From Escherichia phage vB_VIPECOOM01: a DNA stretch of 64,000 bases. The position numbers were made by a program, and so were the translations under genes. The stretch lies in the sequence record OQ721909; one strand, 5' to 3'. Position 1 is the stretch's first letter; every line of letters starts with the position of its first letter. The notes under the pieces are model-generated. The model saw only the letters and a list, made by a program, of their open reading frames with translations, searched no databases and was not told the origin of the DNA. Shown here piece after piece: positions 9,600-18,955 of the stretch.

Positions 9600-10225
9600 T
9601 ACAATAGCTCAAAGAATTCTTTGAGTCCTCTTATTACATGAGCGTGAGATTTTCCACACTCTGGACATTTAATTGGAACAGCCAAATAAACAGTAGGCTT
9701 TAAAAGCATATCTTTTATAGCTACAATATCTGACTCTGTGATGATAGAATATAAATCTTCCAACTCTTTTTCATTTAAGTCTTCAATTGGAATGCTTTCT
9801 CCGTTAGCATGAATCGTTTCTATACATGATACTATCATGTGGGCTATGTTTTTATCATCAAAAATTTTAGGGTAATGGAACTTAATTTTAATGTCACCCA
9901 GTGTATACCAGAGGTCTTCTGGTGCATCTATTCGTGTATGTAATAGATTTATATGGGTTGGTATTTCAGTTCCACAGGTGCACTTCCAGGAGTTTTCGTG
10001 ATTAACTTCTCCAAGAGAATGTGCCCATAAATGAATCAATAGTAGTTCTGATTCTTGGCGGTTTAAATCTTTTGCATTTGTACAGTCTTTGATTAGCTTT
10101 TTAACGATCTCTTCTACTGAACCGTTCTTTTTAGCAGTAATAAGTTCTAGATATTCTTTAAGAGTAAATGCGCGACAGTTGATTATTTTAGAACCAACTC
10201 TCACATCAAATTTGTATTCATACAT
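9599..10225 (-). CDS. 26: Baseplate hub protein gp26
   Basis: 208-aa ORF directly upstream of gene 25 with a 1-nt stop/start overlap; same size and position as T4 gp26. Confidence 0.88.
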   Translation of the reverse strand: MYEYKFDVRVGSKIINCRAFTLKEYLELITAKKNGSVEEIVKKLIKDCTNAKDLNRQESELLLIHLWAHSLGEVNHENSWKCTCGTEIPTHINLLHTRIDAPEDLWYTLGDIKIKFHYPKIFDDKNIAHMIVSCIETIHANGESIPIEDLNEKELEDLYSIITESDIVAIKDMLLKPTVYLAVPIKCPECGKSHAHVIRGLKEFFELL

Positions 10226-10246
10226 ATTTAGCTCCTTTATTTATCA

Positions 10247-10258
10247 TATTTATAAATA
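10247..10258. promoter_or_regulatory. Palindromic divergent late promoters (genes 26/25 leftward, genes 51-54 rightward)
   Basis: TATTTATAAATA reads TATAAATA on both strands, 18-22 nt from the ATGs of gene 51 (+) and gene 26 (-). Confidence 0.5.
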
Positions 10259-10275
10259 GAATAAAAGGAGCATCT

Positions 10276-11025
10276 ATGGCAAACATTATTCGTTGTAAAT
10301 TACCAGATGGTGTTCATCGTTTTAAACCATTTACGGTAGAAGATTATCGAGATTTTTTGTTAGTTCGAAACGATATAGAACATCGGTCACCACAAGAACA
10401 AAAAGAAATAATTGCTGATTTAATTGCTGATTATTTTGGAGACTATCCGAAGACTTGGCAACCATTTATATTTTTGCAGGTATTTGTAGGGTCAATAGGT
10501 AAAACTAAAGTACCGGTCACATTTGTATGTCCAAAATGTAAAAAAGAAAAGACAGTTCCATTTGAAATATATCAAAAAGAATTAAAGGAACCTGTTTTTG
10601 ATGTAGCTAATGTTAAAATTAAATTAAAGTTTCCTTCTGAGTTTTATGAAAATAAAGCAAAGATGATTACTGAAAATATTCATTCTGTTCAAGTAGATGA
10701 AACATGGTATGATTGGAAGGAAATTAGCGAATCAAGTCAAATAGAACTTGTTGACGCCATCGAGATAGAAACATTAGAAAAAATTCTCGATGCAATGAAT
10801 CCTATTAATTTAACATTGCACATGTCGTGTTGTAATAAGTATGTAAAAAAATACACTGATATAGTAGATGTGTTTAAGCTATTAGTTAACCCAGATGAGA
10901 TATTTACTTTTTATCAAATTAATCACACACTTGTAAAAAGTAATTATAGCTTAAATTCAATAATGAAAATGATTCCTGCCGAGCGCGGATTCGTATTAAA
11001 ACTGATTGAGAAGGATAAACAATAA
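10276..11025 (+). CDS. 51: Baseplate hub assembly protein gp51
   Basis: 249-aa ORF with Cys pairs (CPKCKK, CCNKY); same size and position as T4 gp51; stop overlaps the gene 27 start (TAATG). Confidence 0.88.
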   Translation: MANIIRCKLPDGVHRFKPFTVEDYRDFLLVRNDIEHRSPQEQKEIIADLIADYFGDYPKTWQPFIFLQVFVGSIGKTKVPVTFVCPKCKKEKTVPFEIYQKELKEPVFDVANVKIKLKFPSEFYENKAKMITENIHSVQVDETWYDWKEISESSQIELVDAIEIETLEKILDAMNPINLTLHMSCCNKYVKKYTDIVDVFKLLVNPDEIFTFYQINHTLVKSNYSLNSIMKMIPAERGFVLKLIEKDKQ

Positions 11026-12200
11026 TGAGTATGTTGCAACGCCCTGGATATCCAAATCTCAGCGTTAAATTATTTGATAGCTACGACGCTTGGAGTAATA
11101 ATAGATTTGTTGAATTAGCTGCTACTATTACCACATTAACTATGCGGGATTCTCTTTATGGCCGAAATGAAGGAATGCTGCAGTTTTATGATTCTAAAAA
11201 TATCCATACAAAAATGGATGGAAATGAAATAATTCAGATTTCTGTAGCTAATGCAAACGATATTAATAATGTTAAAACAAGAATTTATGGATGTAAGCAT
11301 TTTTCCGTGTCAGTAGATTCAAAGGGTGATAACATCATTGCTATTGAATTGGGAACTATTCATTCTATAGAAAATCTTAAATTTGGCAGACCGTTTTTCC
11401 CTGATGCAGGTGAATCTATAAAGGAAATGCTTGGCGTCATTTATCAAGATCGCACATTATTAACTCCAGCGATAAATGCTATAAATGCTTATGTTCCTGA
11501 TATTCCATGGACTAGCACATTTGAAAACTATTTGTCGTATGTCAGAGAAGTTGCTCTAGCTGTAGGAAGTGACAAATTTGTATTTGTATGGCAAGACATC
11601 ATGGGAGTTAACATGATGGACTATGATATGATGATAAATCAAGAACCATATCCAATGATTGTCGGTGAGCCATCTTTAATAGGTCAATTCATCCAAGAAT
11701 TAAAATATCCATTAGCATATGATTTCGTTTGGTTGACTAAATCGAATCCTCACAAACGTGACCCAATGAAAAACGCTACTATCTATGCGCATTCGTTTTT
11801 GGATTCTTCATTGCCAATGATTACTACAGGAAAGGGAGAAAACTCTATTGTAGTGTCAAGGTCAGGTGCTTATTCTGAAATGACTTATAGGAATGGATAT
11901 GAAGAAGCTATTCGTCTTCAAACTATGGCGCAATACGATGGCTATGCTAAATGTTCTACTGTCGGTAATTTTAACTTAACCCCTGGCGTTAAAATTATTT
12001 TTAATGATAGTAAAAACCAATTTAAAACAGAATTTTACGTTGATGAAGTCATCCATGAATTATCCAATAATAATTCAGTAACTCATCTATATATGTTCAC
12101 TAATGCAACGAAACTGGAAACAATAGACCCAGTTAAGGTTAAAAATGAATTTAAATCTGATACTACCACTGAAGAAAATAGTTCTTCCAATAAGCAATAA
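11025..12200 (+). CDS. 27: Baseplate hub protein gp27
   Basis: 391-aa ORF; size, position and sequence consistent with T4 gp27. Confidence 0.92.
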   Translation: MSMLQRPGYPNLSVKLFDSYDAWSNNRFVELAATITTLTMRDSLYGRNEGMLQFYDSKNIHTKMDGNEIIQISVANANDINNVKTRIYGCKHFSVSVDSKGDNIIAIELGTIHSIENLKFGRPFFPDAGESIKEMLGVIYQDRTLLTPAINAINAYVPDIPWTSTFENYLSYVREVALAVGSDKFVFVWQDIMGVNMMDYDMMINQEPYPMIVGEPSLIGQFIQELKYPLAYDFVWLTKSNPHKRDPMKNATIYAHSFLDSSLPMITTGKGENSIVVSRSGAYSEMTYRNGYEEAIRLQTMAQYDGYAKCSTVGNFNLTPGVKIIFNDSKNQFKTEFYVDEVIHELSNNNSVTHLYMFTNATKLETIDPVKVKNEFKSDTTTEENSSSNKQ

Positions 12201-12678
12201 AGAAGTTTCTATTCCTAAAATGGGTCTTAAACATTATAACATTTTAAAAGATGTTAAAGGTCCTGATGAAAATTTAAAACTTCTTATTGATTCTATTTGT
12301 CCAAATTTATCACCGGCAGAAGTTGATTTCGTTTCTATTCATTTATTGGAATTTAATGGAAAGATTAAATCTCGTAAAGAAATAGATGGTTATACTTATG
12401 ACATTAATGATGTTTATGTATGTCAAAGATTGGAATTTCAATACCAAGGAAATACATTTTATTTTAGACCGCCTGGAAAATTTGAACAATTTTTAACTGT
12501 GAGCGATATGTTATCCAAATGCTTGCTTAAGGTCAATGATGAAGTTAAAGAAATTAATTTTCTTGAGATGCCAGCATTCGTTTTAAAATGGGCAAATGAT
12601 ATTTTTACAACTTTAGCAATTCCTGGCCCTAATGGTCCAATAACCGGAATTGGCAATATTATTGGATTATTTGAATGA
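12145..12678 (+). CDS. 28: Baseplate hub distal protein gp28
   Basis: 177-aa ORF overlapping the gene 27 3' end; ATGA overlap with gene 29; same size and position as T4 gp28. Confidence 0.88.
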   Translation: MNLNLILPLKKIVLPISNKEVSIPKMGLKHYNILKDVKGPDENLKLLIDSICPNLSPAEVDFVSIHLLEFNGKIKSRKEIDGYTYDINDVYVCQRLEFQYQGNTFYFRPPGKFEQFLTVSDMLSKCLLKVNDEVKEINFLEMPAFVLKWANDIFTTLAIPGPNGPITGIGNIIGLFE

Positions 12679-14447
12679 AAAAGCCACAAGAAATGCAAAC
12701 GATGCGTAGAAAAGTTATTTCAGATAATAAACCAACACAGGAAGCGGCTAAATCCGCTTCCAACACTTTATCTGGACTTAACGATATATCTACGAAATTG
12801 GATGATGCTCAAGCTGCTTCTGAATTAATTGCTCAAACTGTCGAAGAAAAATCGAATGAAATAATTGGAGCAATTGACAACGTAGAAAACGCAGTGAGTG
12901 ATACTACTGCCGGTTCTGAGTTAATTGCTGAAACTGTTGAAATTGGCAACAATATTAATAAAGAAATCGGTGAATCGCTCGGGAGTAAATTAGATAAATT
13001 AACGAGTTTATTAGAGCAAAAAATTCAGACAGCCGGAATTCAACAAACAGGAACTAGTTTAGCTACGGTTGAAAGCGCTATTCCTGTTAAAGTTGTTGAG
13101 GACGATACAGCTGAATCTGTGGGTCCTTTATTACCGGCTCCTGAAGCAGTTAATAATGATCCTGACGCTGATTTTTTCCCTACCCCTCAGCCAGTTGAAC
13201 CCAAACAAGAATCACCAGAAGAAAAACAGAAAAAAGAAGCATTTAACTTAAAATTATCTCAAGCTTTAGATAAATTAACAAAGACGGTTGATTTTGGATT
13301 TAAGAAATCCATTTCAATTACTGATAAAATATCAAGCATGTTATTTAAGTATACCGTCAGTGCTGCTATTGAAGCTGCTAAAATGACTGCAATGATATTG
13401 GCTGTTGTTGTCGGAATAGACTTGTTGATGGTTCATTTCAAATATTGGTCAGATAAATTTTCACAGGCTTGGGATTTGTTTAGTACAGACTTTACTAAAT
13501 TCTCTAGCGAAACCGGAACATGGGGTCCTTTATTACAGAGCATCTTTAGTTCTATTGATGAAATTAAAAAATTCTGGGAAGAGGGAGATTGGGGCGGTTT
13601 GACGGTAGCTATTGTAGAAGGGCTTGGAAAGGTTCTTTATAATTTAGGAGAACTTATTCAGCTTGGAATGGCTAAATTATCTGCGGCAATTCTTCGAGTT
13701 ATTCCTGGTATGAAGGATACTGCTGATGAAGTAGAAGGAAGAGCACTAGAAAATTTCCAAAATTCTACTGGAGCATCTCTCAATAAAGAAGACCAGGAAA
13801 AAGTTGCAAATTATCAAGATAAACGAATGAACGGAGACCTTGGTCCGATAGCAAAAGGATTAGATAAAATTGCGAACTGGAAAACTCGTGCATCTAACTG
13901 GATTCGTGGCGTTGATAATAAAGAAGCACTAACTACTGACGAAGAACGTGCAGCAGAAGAAGAAAAATTAAAGCAACTTTCACCAGAAGAAAGAAAAAAT
14001 GCTTTAATGAAGGCTAATGAAGCCCGTGCCGCGATGATTCGTTTTGAAAAATATGCTGATTCGGCTGATATGAGTAAAGACTCAACAGTTAAATCAGTTG
14101 AAGCTGCCTATGAAGACCTTAAAAAACGGATGGATGACCCAGATTTAAATAATTCACCGGCAGTTAAAAAAGAACTTGCTGCTAGATTTTCTAAAATTGA
14201 TGCTACATATCAAGAGCTCAAGAAAAATCAGCCTAATGCCAAACCTGAAACTTCTGCTAAATCGCCAGAAGCAAAACAAGTCCAGGTAATAGAAAAGAAC
14301 AAAGCACAGCAAGCTCCTGTTCAACAAGCATCTCCTTCGATCAATAATACTAATAATGTTATTAAGAAAAATACTGTCGTTCATAATATGACACCCGTAA
14401 CGAGCACGACTGCTCCTGGTGTATTTGATGCGACTGGAGTTAATTAA
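12675..14447 (+). CDS. 29: Baseplate hub protein and tail-length determinant gp29
   Basis: 590-aa ORF with long coiled-coil and low-complexity regions typical of tape-measure-like gp29; same size as T4 gp29. Confidence 0.92.
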   Translation: MKKPQEMQTMRRKVISDNKPTQEAAKSASNTLSGLNDISTKLDDAQAASELIAQTVEEKSNEIIGAIDNVENAVSDTTAGSELIAETVEIGNNINKEIGESLGSKLDKLTSLLEQKIQTAGIQQTGTSLATVESAIPVKVVEDDTAESVGPLLPAPEAVNNDPDADFFPTPQPVEPKQESPEEKQKKEAFNLKLSQALDKLTKTVDFGFKKSISITDKISSMLFKYTVSAAIEAAKMTAMILAVVVGIDLLMVHFKYWSDKFSQAWDLFSTDFTKFSSETGTWGPLLQSIFSSIDEIKKFWEEGDWGGLTVAIVEGLGKVLYNLGELIQLGMAKLSAAILRVIPGMKDTADEVEGRALENFQNSTGASLNKEDQEKVANYQDKRMNGDLGPIAKGLDKIANWKTRASNWIRGVDNKEALTTDEERAAEEEKLKQLSPEERKNALMKANEARAAMIRFEKYADSADMSKDSTVKSVEAAYEDLKKRMDDPDLNNSPAVKKELAARFSKIDATYQELKKNQPNAKPETSAKSPEAKQVQVIEKNKAQQAPVQQASPSINNTNNVIKKNTVVHNMTPVTSTTAPGVFDATGVN

Positions 14448-14455
14448 GGAATAAT

Positions 14456-15550
14456 ATGGCAATTGTTAAAGAAATAACTGCTGATTTAATTAAAAAGTCC
14501 GGTGAGAAAATTTCAGCCGGACAGAGTACTAAATCAGAAGTAGCAACTAAAACATACACTGCCCAGTTTCCAACTGGGCGTGCTAGTGGTAATGACACTA
14601 CAGGGGACTTCCAGGTAACAGATCTATATAAGAATGGATTATTATTTACTGCATACAATATGTCATCTAGGGATTCTGGAAGTCTTAGATCGATGAGATC
14701 TAACTACTCTTCTTCATCTTCGAGTATTTTACGTACAGCCAGAAACACTATCAGTAATACAGTATCAAAACTGTCAAATGGATTAATATCAGATAATAAT
14801 TCAGGAACAATAAGTAAAGCACCTGTTGCAAATATTCTTTTACCAAGATCTAAATCCGATGTTGATACATCATCACATAGATTTAATGATGTTCAAGAAA
14901 GTCTTATCAGTAGAGGCGGAGGTACTGCTACTGGTGTGTTAAGTAATATTGCTTCAACTGCAGTATTTGGGGCACTGGAAAGTATAACGCAAGGTATAAT
15001 GGCTGATAATAATGAACAGATTTATACGACAGCCAGAAGTATGTATGGCGGTGCTGAGAATAGAACTAAAGTGTTTACATGGGATTTGACGCCACGTTCA
15101 ACAGAAGATTTGATGGCTATTATTAATATCTATCAATATTTTAACTATTTTTCTTATGGTGAAACGGGCAAATCTCAATATGCTGCTGAAATAAAGGGGT
15201 ATTTAGATGATTGGTATCGTTCTACATTAATTGAACCTTTATCTCCGGAAGACGCAGCTAAAAATAAAACACTATTTGAGAAAATGACATCGAGTTTAAC
15301 TAACGTTCTAGTAGTTTCAAACCCGACAATTTGGATGGTGAAAAACTTTGGTGCAACATCTAAGTTTGATGGAAAAACGGAAATATTTGGCCCATGCCAA
15401 ATACAGAGCATCAGATTTGATAAAACACCTAATGGTAACTTTAACGGATTAGCTATTGCTCCAAACCTCCCTAGTACATTTACTCTTGAGATTACTATGA
15501 GAGAAATTATCACGTTAAACCGTGCTTCTTTATATGCGGGGACTTTTTAA
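14456..15550 (+). CDS. 48: Baseplate tail-tube cap protein gp48
   Basis: 364-aa ORF; same size and position as T4 gp48. Confidence 0.9.
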   Translation: MAIVKEITADLIKKSGEKISAGQSTKSEVATKTYTAQFPTGRASGNDTTGDFQVTDLYKNGLLFTAYNMSSRDSGSLRSMRSNYSSSSSSILRTARNTISNTVSKLSNGLISDNNSGTISKAPVANILLPRSKSDVDTSSHRFNDVQESLISRGGGTATGVLSNIASTAVFGALESITQGIMADNNEQIYTTARSMYGGAENRTKVFTWDLTPRSTEDLMAIINIYQYFNYFSYGETGKSQYAAEIKGYLDDWYRSTLIEPLSPEDAAKNKTLFEKMTSSLTNVLVVSNPTIWMVKNFGATSKFDGKTEIFGPCQIQSIRFDKTPNGNFNGLAIAPNLPSTFTLEITMREIITLNRASLYAGTF

Positions 15551-16515
15551 TGTATTCTTTAGAGGAATTTAATAATCAAGCAATAAACGCAGATTTCCAA
15601 CGTAATAATATGTTTAGCTGCGTTTTTGCGACAACTCCATCAACTAAAAGCTCTTCGTTGATAAGTTCAATTAGCAACTTTTCTTATAATAACTTGGGTC
15701 TAAATTCAGATTGGTTAGGATTGACTCAAGGCGATATTAATCAGGGAATTACCACGCTAATTACCGCTGGCACACAAAAACTGATAAGAAAATCAGGGGT
15801 TAGTAAATATCTTATTGGTGCCATGAGTCAACGTACAGTTCAAAGTTTATTGGGCTCATTTACAGTTGGTACATATTTAATCGACTTCTTTAATATGGCA
15901 TATAACTCATCTGGATTGATGATATATTCCGTAAAAATGCCAGAGAATAGATTATCCTATGAAACTGACTGGAACTATAATTCTCCTAATATTCGTATAA
16001 CTGGGAGAGAATTAGACCCTTTGGTTATTTCATTTAGGATGGATTCAGAAGCTTGTAACTATCGTGCAATGCAAGACTGGGTTAACGCTGTTCAAGACCC
16101 AGTAACTGGACTGCGTGCTTTGCCGCAAGATGTCGAGGCAGATATTCAGGTTAATCTTCATGCTCGTAATGGATTACCTCATACTGCTGTGATGTTCACC
16201 GGATGCATTCCAGTGTCAGTGAGTGCTCCTGAGTTATCATATGATGGAGATAACCAAATAACTACATTTGATGTTACTTTTGCGTATAGAGTCATGCAGG
16301 CTGGGTCGGTTGATAGACAAGCTGCGCTTGAGTGGCTTGAATCTGCTGCTATAAATGGCATCCAAAGCGTTCTCGGAAATAGCGGAGGCGTTACTGGATT
16401 ATCTAATTCGCTTTCACGACTTAGTAGATTAGGAGGAACTGCGGGAAGCATTTCAAACATTAGTACTATGACGGGAATTGTCAATTCGCAAAGTAAAATA
16501 TTAGGAGCAATATAA
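15550..16515 (+). CDS. 54: Tail-tube initiator protein gp54
   Basis: 321-aa ORF with TAATG overlap to gene 48; same size and position as T4 gp54. Confidence 0.9.
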   Translation: MYSLEEFNNQAINADFQRNNMFSCVFATTPSTKSSSLISSISNFSYNNLGLNSDWLGLTQGDINQGITTLITAGTQKLIRKSGVSKYLIGAMSQRTVQSLLGSFTVGTYLIDFFNMAYNSSGLMIYSVKMPENRLSYETDWNYNSPNIRITGRELDPLVISFRMDSEACNYRAMQDWVNAVQDPVTGLRALPQDVEADIQVNLHARNGLPHTAVMFTGCIPVSVSAPELSYDGDNQITTFDVTFAYRVMQAGSVDRQAALEWLESAAINGIQSVLGNSGGVTGLSNSLSRLSRLGGTAGSISNISTMTGIVNSQSKILGAI

Positions 16516-16519
16516 CAAT

Positions 16520-16546
16520 GGGGACCGAAAGGTCCCCATATTTTTA
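16520..16546. terminator. Bidirectional terminator between convergent gene 54 and the leftward Alt-region genes
   Basis: GGGGACC-GAAA-GGTCCCC hairpin flanked by T-rich sequence on both strands. Confidence 0.5.
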
Positions 16547-16834
16547 TTTGCGGAATGAAATAAAAGCAGCAACTGAAGCAACTAAACTGTCTTCAATATA
16601 AACTTCAATTTTTACCGGAGCTTCTGATTCAAATTTACCTGTTACTACACCTTGGAAAATGCTTTCAGTCTGTTCTGGCTTTGAAAAATTTTCAGAAGGA
16701 AAAATTCCGAACTTTTTATCTGTTCCAAAAATTTTGATAAATTCATCATAAACTGCTTCATTAAAAGCATTATCAGCAGGAATAACGCCTTCAACTACAA
16801 GTTCTTGACCTAAAAAGCGCAAAGAAGATTTCAT
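16544..16834 (-). CDS. Hypothetical protein, 96 aa (position of T4 alt.-3)
   Basis: ATG-initiated ORF downstream of an early-type promoter; identity by synteny. Confidence 0.55.
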   Translation of the reverse strand: MKSSLRFLGQELVVEGVIPADNAFNEAVYDEFIKIFGTDKKFGIFPSENFSKPEQTESIFQGVVTGKFESEAPVKIEVYIEDSLVASVAAFISFRK

Positions 16835-16865
16835 TTTGTGTTCCTCATGTTATGTAAGTAAAATT

Positions 16866-16895
16866 ACTATAACACAACACGAGGGACTTGTAAAC
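16866..16895 (-). promoter_or_regulatory. Early-type sigma70 promoter
   Basis: Minus strand reads GTTTAC, 18 nt, TATAGT, about 30 nt upstream of the 96-aa ORF; part of a ~50-bp cassette repeated upstream of alc. Confidence 0.4.
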
Positions 16896-18952
16896 TACAT
16901 TTTGAACTTTTTAGACATTCCGTTGATGTTAACCAAAGAAGCCAAGATTTGAGAAACTTCGTTTTCCTCTTCTTTTGATTCTTCTACAAGGAATTGATTA
17001 AATCCAGCCATTGGACGAACTTCACCAGTTTCCATCAGATGGTCGCCATCATATACCGATTCTTCTAATTGTTCAGAAGGAGGAACGATTGTGCCTTCGA
17101 CTAGATACTTATTATAAGCAGTTTCTTTCATCATGTACGTACTCACTTTATTAATCTTCAGTAGAATTCCACGTGGTAGAATAATTTCAGCTTCTGATGG
17201 AAATCCTGATAAATGACCTGGAACGATAACTTTGATTCGCTCAGCTCCTTTAATTACCATACCAACGCTAGTTTCAGCATCTTCATTCGCATAAGCAGAG
17301 CGACTGCCCATATGCATCAAATCTTCTGCGTCAACTGAACCTTCTCCTTCACCAGAAAATACTGCACCGGAATCATCTAGAGCCATATAGTTTTTACCAT
17401 ACTCACCGAAGATATTTGGTTTAAGCGATGTGGATACGAAGTTCTTGAAATAAAACATTTTATTTTCAATATTATGGCGTAAAGTTTTGAAAGTAACTTC
17501 TTGTCCACGGTAAAGTGTAGTTCCTGGAGGAAGAACTGAACCTTTAGCAAAGGCAGAATCCATTGTCTCGATGTGTTTAATAGCTCGTTCCATATATTCT
17601 TCACGGGTAGAATCTGGTTTACCTAAAAGGAACGAGTTCATTTCAACATATGAATCTGCACAATAATCTTCAATTACATCAGATTCAGCTTGAGTCAGTC
17701 CTTTTGGAGTTACTTCGGTGCTTGCGTATTCATATGCCTGGGCGGCAGATTCATTAATCAATTTATAAATGCCATTCATGACAAATTGAATAATAGCTAC
17801 CTTTTCATCTGGCGTGGCTTTAGAACCTTTAACTAAATCATTAACAATTTTCTTAATAACATCAAAGCTGTTAGAAATATTAATATCAGAAAGATCACTT
17901 AAAATTTTATCAGTTTTATAATCAAAAAATTCTTTATTCTTTAAATATTCTTGAGAACCTTGATATGTTATATCGCTCTGTAATTTAATAGATGGATCAC
18001 GTAAACGTGCATGAGCCAATGCAATATGATTTCGGAAGCTTTCTAGTTCATAATCGTTAGATTTAAAACGAGAAGCGCTTCTCATACCACCTATAGCTCC
18101 TTTGCTGAAGTTTGAACCAATTTGAATAACGCCAGAGTTCATTGATCCTTCTGCTTTATATACCGGAACTTTAGATTCAAACTCTTGATATTTCTTAGCA
18201 GCGAAGCTATCGCCCTGAAGTGAAGCATCAACAGTAGAATATTGAGCTTGTGCTGCTAATCGACGACTAATTTTAGTTTTCTGAATAACAGCTTGATCCG
18301 TGCGCTTATCATTTTCTAAAGCAATAGAAGCAGCAACAGCAACAGCTTTAGGAACAGCATTACCCGTTTTAACGTCTACATAAACATCACCAACCTTTGA
18401 TTCAACTTTTGTGAATAACTCAGTTGAAATAGGAGGTACACCTGGAATGTCTTCTAAATTGGCATTTTTACGGTAAACCATAATATATGCATACTTTTTA
18501 TCGTAATCCCAGATTTCCTTTAAAAGAACATATCGACCTGCTCCTTTAGTACGTACTAAACGGTCGGCAATAACTTGCATTTGACGAGCTGCGCCGTTTG
18601 TTTTACTCTTTAGTACGCGGAATAAGCATGCATCAATTTTATACTGTTTCATTGTTTGAAGAGCAGTATCAAAAACCGCATTAATGACACCAATTGGGTT
18701 TCCACCCAAGTTTTTAAGTTTAACTAATGATAGTTTTTCATTGACACCTATCATTACGATATGCATCATTTTATCGCCTGGCTTAACGTTTTTATTTGTA
18801 TCACCACCAGAGGTGTATGTACAAAATCTAAATCCAGGAAGCACACTTTCTTCACCGGCTTGAATAGCAAAAATTTGAGGTATTTTATGCTTAGGATTTA
18901 AGTTAACAACCGGCGCCGAAGCGCCGTCAAATAATTCTGTAATAAGTTCCAT
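16895..18952 (-). CDS. Alt-like ADP-ribosyltransferase paralogue (685 aa)
   Basis: N-terminal ~230 aa strongly similar to the adjacent Alt (MELITELFD..., KIDAC, GRYVLLKEIWDYDKKYAYI); C-terminal ART motifs YRGQ, FVSTSL and SEAEIILPRG retained; central region divergent. Confidence 0.85.
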   Translation of the reverse strand: MELITELFDGASAPVVNLNPKHKIPQIFAIQAGEESVLPGFRFCTYTSGGDTNKNVKPGDKMMHIVMIGVNEKLSLVKLKNLGGNPIGVINAVFDTALQTMKQYKIDACLFRVLKSKTNGAARQMQVIADRLVRTKGAGRYVLLKEIWDYDKKYAYIMVYRKNANLEDIPGVPPISTELFTKVESKVGDVYVDVKTGNAVPKAVAVAASIALENDKRTDQAVIQKTKISRRLAAQAQYSTVDASLQGDSFAAKKYQEFESKVPVYKAEGSMNSGVIQIGSNFSKGAIGGMRSASRFKSNDYELESFRNHIALAHARLRDPSIKLQSDITYQGSQEYLKNKEFFDYKTDKILSDLSDINISNSFDVIKKIVNDLVKGSKATPDEKVAIIQFVMNGIYKLINESAAQAYEYASTEVTPKGLTQAESDVIEDYCADSYVEMNSFLLGKPDSTREEYMERAIKHIETMDSAFAKGSVLPPGTTLYRGQEVTFKTLRHNIENKMFYFKNFVSTSLKPNIFGEYGKNYMALDDSGAVFSGEGEGSVDAEDLMHMGSRSAYANEDAETSVGMVIKGAERIKVIVPGHLSGFPSEAEIILPRGILLKINKVSTYMMKETAYNKYLVEGTIVPPSEQLEESVYDGDHLMETGEVRPMAGFNQFLVEESKEEENEVSQILASLVNINGMSKKFKM

Positions 18953-18955
18953 GAT

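Noticed and set aside
18890-18910. Apparent 1-nt frame discrepancy near the start of the Alt paralogue during hand translation
   Set aside because: The computed ORF track gives one uninterrupted 685-aa frame; the discrepancy is most likely my own reading error, so no frameshift or pseudogene is claimed.
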